Shown here one piece after another: positions 59,495-64,000 of a DNA stretch of 64,000 nt. Numbering within the stretch: the stretch's first letter is position 1; each line of letters begins with the position of its first letter. Origin of the DNA: Nannocystales bacterium (GTDB lineage Bacteria; Myxococcota_A; Polyangia; Nannocystales; Nannocystaceae); assembly GCA_050633305.1 (NCBI GenBank), contig JBOEGF010000047.1, positions 32,001-96,000 on the forward strand. The letters run 5' to 3'. The translations under genes and the position numbers were made by a program. The notes beneath the pieces were generated by a model. The model did no database searches, was not told the DNA's origin, and worked only from the letters and a program-made list of their open reading frames with translations.

Positions 59495-60883
59495 ATGGCA
59501 GTGCTACTCTGCGCGCCGATGCGTGTGTCTTCGGCCCGCTCTGGCGCTGCCTGTGGTGACCAACCCCGACCCAGCGCGGATGCTTGTGCGCAGCGGCGCG
59601 CCCGAGTCGCGTCGATGCTGGGGCCGGACGAGGCGCTGATCCTCTCTGGCGGGGCCGTCCACACCCGCTCCAACGACACCGAGTTCCGGTTCCGGCCGGA
59701 CTCGGACTTCTACTATCTGACCGGCATGGCCGATCCCGGCGCCGTCCTGGTGCTGCGTCCAGGACATGAACCGGAGTTCACCATGTTCGTCCGACCCAAG
59801 GACGCCGACGCCGAGGTCTGGTCCGGCCGCCGCGTGGGCCCCGAACTGGCCTCCGAACGATTTGGCGCAGACGCGGCCTTCGCTCAACCGGAGCTGGCGA
59901 GCGAGCTTCCCGCGCTTCTCGACGGCGTCCGGCGCGTCCACCTCCCCCTCGAAGATGCCGCCCTTCAACGCCGCGTGCTCAAGGCTCGTACCGTGCTCCA
60001 GCGCCGAAACCGGACGGGTGCGATGCCGCCCGAAGGCTTCACCGACGCCCGCGTCACCGTGGGTGAGGACCGGATCCGCAAGGATACGGCGAGCCTCGCC
60101 TCCCTACGCCGCGCGATCGACATCACCGTCGCCGGGCACGAGGCAGCGCAGCGCAGCGTGCGGCCCGGCATGCACGAGTTCGAGGTCGAAGCTCGGATCG
60201 AGTACGAGTTTCGGCGCCGCGGTGCCTCCGGGCCCGGCTACGGCAGCATCGTCGGCTCGGGCGCGAACGCGACCATCCTTCACTACGTCGACAACGACGG
60301 CCCGCTGTCCGACGGTGAGCTCCTGCTGATCGACGCAGGCGCCGAGTTCGACCTCCACAGCGGCGACCTCACCCGAACCTTCCCCGTGGGCGGAACGTTC
60401 AGCCCAGCCCAACGGGACCTGTACGCCGTGTGCCTCGAAGCCAACATGGCGGGCATCGCGGGAACCCGGGTCGGGCAGACCATCGAGACCATCCACAAGA
60501 CGTGTCTGCGCGTCCTGTGCCAGGGCTTGATCGACCTCAAACTGTGTGAGGGACCCGTAGACGCTCTGCTCGAGTCCGAGGACTACAAGCGCTACTACAT
60601 GCACCGCACCAGCCACTGGCTGGGGGTCGACGTCCACGATGCGGGGTACTACTCCGTCGAGGGAACGCCCCGCCCGCTTCAGCCAGGCTACGTGTTGACC
60701 GTTGAGCCGGGGTTGTACGTGTCCGCCGACGACGACCGGGCACCGCAAGAATTGCGCGGCACCGGGATCCGCATCGAGGACGATGTGCTGGTCACCGACG
60801 GCGATCCCGAGGTTCTGACCGCGGCATCCCCCAAGACCCCCGAGGCGATCGAAGCTCTCATGGCTCGCGGTCCGGCAGACTGA
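59495..60883 (+). CDS. pepP: Xaa-Pro aminopeptidase
   Basis: FRPDSDFYYLTG, NATILHY, LLIDAG, DLTRTFP, HRTSHWLGVDVHD, TVEPGLY and GIRIEDD. The start could be ATG 59519. Confidence 0.93.
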   Translation: MAVLLCAPMRVSSARSGAACGDQPRPSADACAQRRARVASMLGPDEALILSGGAVHTRSNDTEFRFRPDSDFYYLTGMADPGAVLVLRPGHEPEFTMFVRPKDADAEVWSGRRVGPELASERFGADAAFAQPELASELPALLDGVRRVHLPLEDAALQRRVLKARTVLQRRNRTGAMPPEGFTDARVTVGEDRIRKDTASLASLRRAIDITVAGHEAAQRSVRPGMHEFEVEARIEYEFRRRGASGPGYGSIVGSGANATILHYVDNDGPLSDGELLLIDAGAEFDLHSGDLTRTFPVGGTFSPAQRDLYAVCLEANMAGIAGTRVGQTIETIHKTCLRVLCQGLIDLKLCEGPVDALLESEDYKRYYMHRTSHWLGVDVHDAGYYSVEGTPRPLQPGYVLTVEPGLYVSADDDRAPQELRGTGIRIEDDVLVTDGDPEVLTAASPKTPEAIEALMARGPAD

Positions 60884-61313
60884 GCCGGGGCTTGATTCGA
60901 GCCAGGGTTCGCGGACCGACCCCCTTCACCTCGAGCAACGCCTCGGCGTCGGGGTATGGACGCCCTTGGACGATGCGTGTCGCGAGGACCGGGCCGATCC
61001 CCGGCAGGCTCTGCAGCTCGTCGGCATCGGCCTGATTGGGATCGACCTCGATGCCGAGCGCGGCAAGATCCTCGGCGGCCATCCGCCCGACCTCACACCC
61101 GTGGAGCGCATCCCCGGCCCGCAGCCGGTGCCCCTGACCACAGGCGTCTTCGAACGTCCGTTCCCCGGCGCAGACCAAACGCCCGTGAGCCGAGGCGACG
61201 GACTCGCAGACCGCCGAGCTTGCGTCCTGACGCGGCGCTGGGTTGAGACTCCACGCGATCCCCACGGCCCCGAGGACCGCGACAACCCACGGAAACCATC
61301 TAGGTTGGGGCAT
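60858..61313 (-). CDS. comEA: ComEA-like helix-hairpin-helix DNA-binding protein
   Basis: N-terminal TM, then VDPNQADADELQSLPGIGPVLATRIV...LLEVKGVGPRTL. Confidence 0.8.
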   Translation of the reverse strand: MPQPRWFPWVVAVLGAVGIAWSLNPAPRQDASSAVCESVASAHGRLVCAGERTFEDACGQGHRLRAGDALHGCEVGRMAAEDLAALGIEVDPNQADADELQSLPGIGPVLATRIVQGRPYPDAEALLEVKGVGPRTLARIKPRLSLPDREP

Positions 61314-62613
61314 CGAGCCCGAACGCCGAATGGAGGCTTCGGAGCGCGAGCTCTCCGTACCGTTCTTGGACGACGACCGACATCTTCAGCTCGGAGTTGC
61401 TGACCATCTGCACGTTGATGTTTTCGGTGGCCAGGACCGAGAACACCCGCGCCGCAACCTCGGCATGCGAGCGCAGTCCAAGACCCACGACCGAGATCTT
61501 GGCGATGCTCCGGTCGGTTTCCAACGTGAGCGACTCGTCTCCGGGACGCAGGCGTTCGAGCACCTCGCTCGCGGCTTCGAGGTCCGCGTTGCCGACGGTG
61601 AACGTGATGTCCGTCCGATCGTTGCGGCTCGCGTTCTGCAGGATCATGTCGACCGACACCCCCGCGGCACCCAAAGCCCCAAACACCTCGGCGATGACCC
61701 CGGGGATGTCGGGCACGCCGACCAGAGTGACCTTGGCCTCGTCGCGTTGCAGTGCGACGCCGCTGACTTCGATGGCTTCCATGGCAGGGTCTGCTCTCTG
61801 TGTGCGGATGCGGGCGACTTCTTCGGGAGCGACGATCATCGTGCCCGGGCCGTCGTGGAGGCTCGAACGGACGTGCACACGCACGCCGTACTTCTTGGCG
61901 AAGGCGACCGAGCGAATCTGAAGCACCTTGGCGCCGAGCGAGGCGAGCTCGAGCATCTCGTCGTAGCTCATCGCGTGGACCTTCTGTGCCCGGGGCACAA
62001 TGCGCGGGTCGGTCGTGTACACACCGTCGACATCGGTGAGGATTTCGCAGACATCGGCCTTCAGCGCCGCGGCCAGCGCGACTGCAGAGGTGTCCGAGCC
62101 TCCGCGCCCCAGCGTCGTGATGTCTCCGCGGTCGTCGATGCCTTGGAACCCAGCACACACGACCACCCGGCCCTGCGCGAGCTCAGCCCGAATCCGCTGC
62201 TCGGAAATGTCGGTGATCTTGGCGCGCGTGAAGCTGCGGTCGGTGTGCATGCCGAGCTGATGCCCCGCCAGGGACACGGCTCGACCGCCGCGAGCCGAGA
62301 TCGCCATCGCCAACAACGCCGCGGAGACCTTCTCCCCGGTGGCGACGAGCTGGTCGAGTTCCCGATCGTGCTCGGGGGACCGGCGTGCCGCCGTCACGTA
62401 GTCTCCTCGGCCCGGATCTGCGGAGACGTTGGACGAGTCTTGCACCAAGGCGTTCGCCATCGCGATGAGCCGATTGGTCTCCCCCTTCATGGCGGAGACG
62501 ACGACGACCAACCCCTGATGGGCACGAGCCGTCGCCACGCACCGATCGGCGCATGCCCGGATCCGATCGAGGTCTGCAACCGAGGACCCTCCGTATTTCT
62601 GCAGTACGAGCAT
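61300..62613 (-). CDS. lysC: Aspartate kinase with two ACT domains
   Basis: LQKYGGSSV, VVVVSAM, RELD...TGE, TTLGRGGSDTSAV, DVDGVYTTDPR and MLELASLGAKVL, with C-terminal ACT domains. Alternative start GTG 62652. Confidence 0.95.
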   Translation of the reverse strand: MLVLQKYGGSSVADLDRIRACADRCVATARAHQGLVVVVSAMKGETNRLIAMANALVQDSSNVSADPGRGDYVTAARRSPEHDRELDQLVATGEKVSAALLAMAISARGGRAVSLAGHQLGMHTDRSFTRAKITDISEQRIRAELAQGRVVVCAGFQGIDDRGDITTLGRGGSDTSAVALAAALKADVCEILTDVDGVYTTDPRIVPRAQKVHAMSYDEMLELASLGAKVLQIRSVAFAKKYGVRVHVRSSLHDGPGTMIVAPEEVARIRTQRADPAMEAIEVSGVALQRDEAKVTLVGVPDIPGVIAEVFGALGAAGVSVDMILQNASRNDRTDITFTVGNADLEAASEVLERLRPGDESLTLETDRSIAKISVVGLGLRSHAEVAARVFSVLATENINVQMVSNSELKMSVVVQERYGELALRSLHSAFGLDAPT

Positions 62614-62676
62614 CGTGTGCGCGAGCAGGCTACCCCGCTTGGGGTCGGCCACAGTCCGGCTGTGTTGCAGAAAAAG

Positions 62677-62919
62677 TCATCCGTCGGACCCACTGCCGAA
62701 CAGCCGCAGCTGATCGAGAAGGGCGGCGGGCAGTGGCTTGCGAGCCTGGGCACGCAGCCACTCCTCGAGCAGAACCTCGATGCCCCCACGACAGCTTCCG
62801 CAGCCTGTCCCAGCTTCGCAGCGCTCGCCGATCTCATCGACCGTATGCGCCCCCGCCCGGATGGCCCGTTTGATCTCGGCCTCGGTCACGTTGAGGCACT
62901 GACACAGCACTCGACTCAT
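62677..62919 (-). CDS. bfd: Bacterioferritin-associated ferredoxin-like (2Fe-2S) protein
   Basis: LCQCLNV...AGTGCGSC. Confidence 0.85.
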   Translation of the reverse strand: MSRVLCQCLNVTEAEIKRAIRAGAHTVDEIGERCEAGTGCGSCRGGIEVLLEEWLRAQARKPLPAALLDQLRLFGSGSDG

Positions 62920-62940
62920 CGGATGCTCTCCACAGTAGCG

Positions 62941-63999
62941 CTATCCAGCGTCGGCGGCCCGTGCAACGGCGTCGCCGCCCCTCCGGGCGAGTTCACGCAC
63001 CACCTCTGGATGCGCTGAGAGGCCAGGATCCCGCTCCAAGAGGCCCCCGGCGGCCTCGCGTGCGGCGACGAGCAGCTTGGTCCCCTCGCCGGCAAATCCG
63101 GTGAACCGCAGACGCGGCGCCCCCGCCTGGCGAGTCCCGAACACCTCGCCGGGGCCGCGGAACTCGAGATCCCGCTCGGCGACCGCGAAGCCATCCCCGG
63201 TCTCGGTGAGGACGCCGATGCGTTTCGCGGCGTCCGACTGTGGGCCGCCCGAGGCGTGCAACAAGCAGAACGACTTTCCGCCGCCCCGCCCCACCCGTCC
63301 ACGCAGCTGGTGAAGTTGGGCCAGCCCGAACCGTTCGGCATGCTCGATCGCCATGACGGTAGCGGCTGGGACATCGACGCCCACTTCGATGACGGTCGTC
63401 GCCACCAGAACCCGCGCGTCCCCTTCTCGAAACCGAGACATCACCGATTCTTTGTCTTTGGACGACATGCGCCCGTGCACCACGACGATCTCGGTCTGTG
63501 GGATCTGGCTGCGCAGCTCAGCCGCGGTGGCCTCCACGTCCGTCGCCTCGAGCGCGTCACTGGCCTCGACCAACGGACACACCACGAACACCTGACGGTC
63601 CTGGCCGACCGCCTTGGCCACCGCGCGGCGCAGCGCTCCCAGCCCGCGTTTCCCGGTGTAGAGCTTCGTGAGCGTCGGCTCTCGTCCCGGCGGCATCTCA
63701 TCGATCACCGAGACATCCAGCTGACCGTAGGCGCACAACGCCATCGTCCGAGGGATGGGTGTCGCGGTCATGACGAGCAAGTGTGGCTGATCGCCTTTGT
63801 GCCTCAGGATTGCGCGCTGTTCGACCCCGAAGCGGTGCTGCTCGTCCACGACGACCAGGCCCAGATCGGAGAAGTGCACATCGTCGGTCAACAACGCGTG
63901 CGTCCCGACCAGCAGGTCGATCTTGCCGCTGGCCAGCAACGCCATCTTGCTCGTTCGTTCGGCTCGCGGCGTGGACCCGGTAAGCTTGTCGATCCGTAG
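62941..63999 (-). CDS. recG: ATP-dependent DNA helicase RecG (C-terminal part; continues past the window end)
   Basis: VGTHAL, DEQHRFGVEQR, MTATPIPRT, VHGRM, TTVIEVGVDVP, AERFGLAQLHQLRGRVGRG and RGPGE. The frame stays open to the window end. Confidence 0.96.
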   Translation of the reverse strand, partial: LRIDKLTGSTPRAERTSKMALLASGKIDLLVGTHALLTDDVHFSDLGLVVVDEQHRFGVEQRAILRHKGDQPHLLVMTATPIPRTMALCAYGQLDVSVIDEMPPGREPTLTKLYTGKRGLGALRRAVAKAVGQDRQVFVVCPLVEASDALEATDVEATAAELRSQIPQTEIVVVHGRMSSKDKESVMSRFREGDARVLVATTVIEVGVDVPAATVMAIEHAERFGLAQLHQLRGRVGRGGGKSFCLLHASGGPQSDAAKRIGVLTETGDGFAVAERDLEFRGPGEVFGTRQAGAPRLRFTGFAGEGTKLLVAAREAAGGLLERDPGLSAHPEVVRELARRGGDAVARAADAG

Positions 64000-64000
64000 A

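Overview
GC-rich bacterial chromosomal segment that reads like a myxobacterium (Myxococcota, probably Nannocystaceae-like). This is inferred from a MYXO-CTERM protein, many Ser/Thr-rich and Cys-rich lipoproteins, several eukaryotic-like Ser/Thr kinases and an AgmX/PglI-type C-terminal domain. Housekeeping genes include polB, a SNF2 helicase, cystathionine beta-synthase, a crotonase, lspA, ppk2, hslUV, purN, the large NAD-glutamate dehydrogenase, pepP, comEA, lysC, bfd and a partial recG. No rRNA, tRNA, CRISPR array or intact mobile element was recognised. The most notable region is 31848-47689. On the minus strand is a tightly packed five-gene operon: unknown, unknown, RavA/MoxR AAA+, vWA, TPR/HEAT. 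It sits back-to-back with a translationally coupled plus-strand operon: TPR-FHA protein, TPR-Ser/Thr kinase, ConA-like lipoprotein, a kinase-cyclase-like-STAND-TPR protein with degenerate Walker motifs, and a lipoprotein. Together these form a candidate phospho-regulated MoxR-vWA ('ternary'-like) system. Other observations are a repeated TANNNT-(6-8 nt)-start leaderless signature, a patch of gene relics around a perfect 28-bp palindrome (1.5-2.9 kb), an amber-interrupted pseudokinase, tandem Cys-rich lipoprotein paralogs with AAAACTAA upstream repeats, and a probable internal aspartokinase beta-subunit start. All assignments come from motif recognition by eye; no searches were run.
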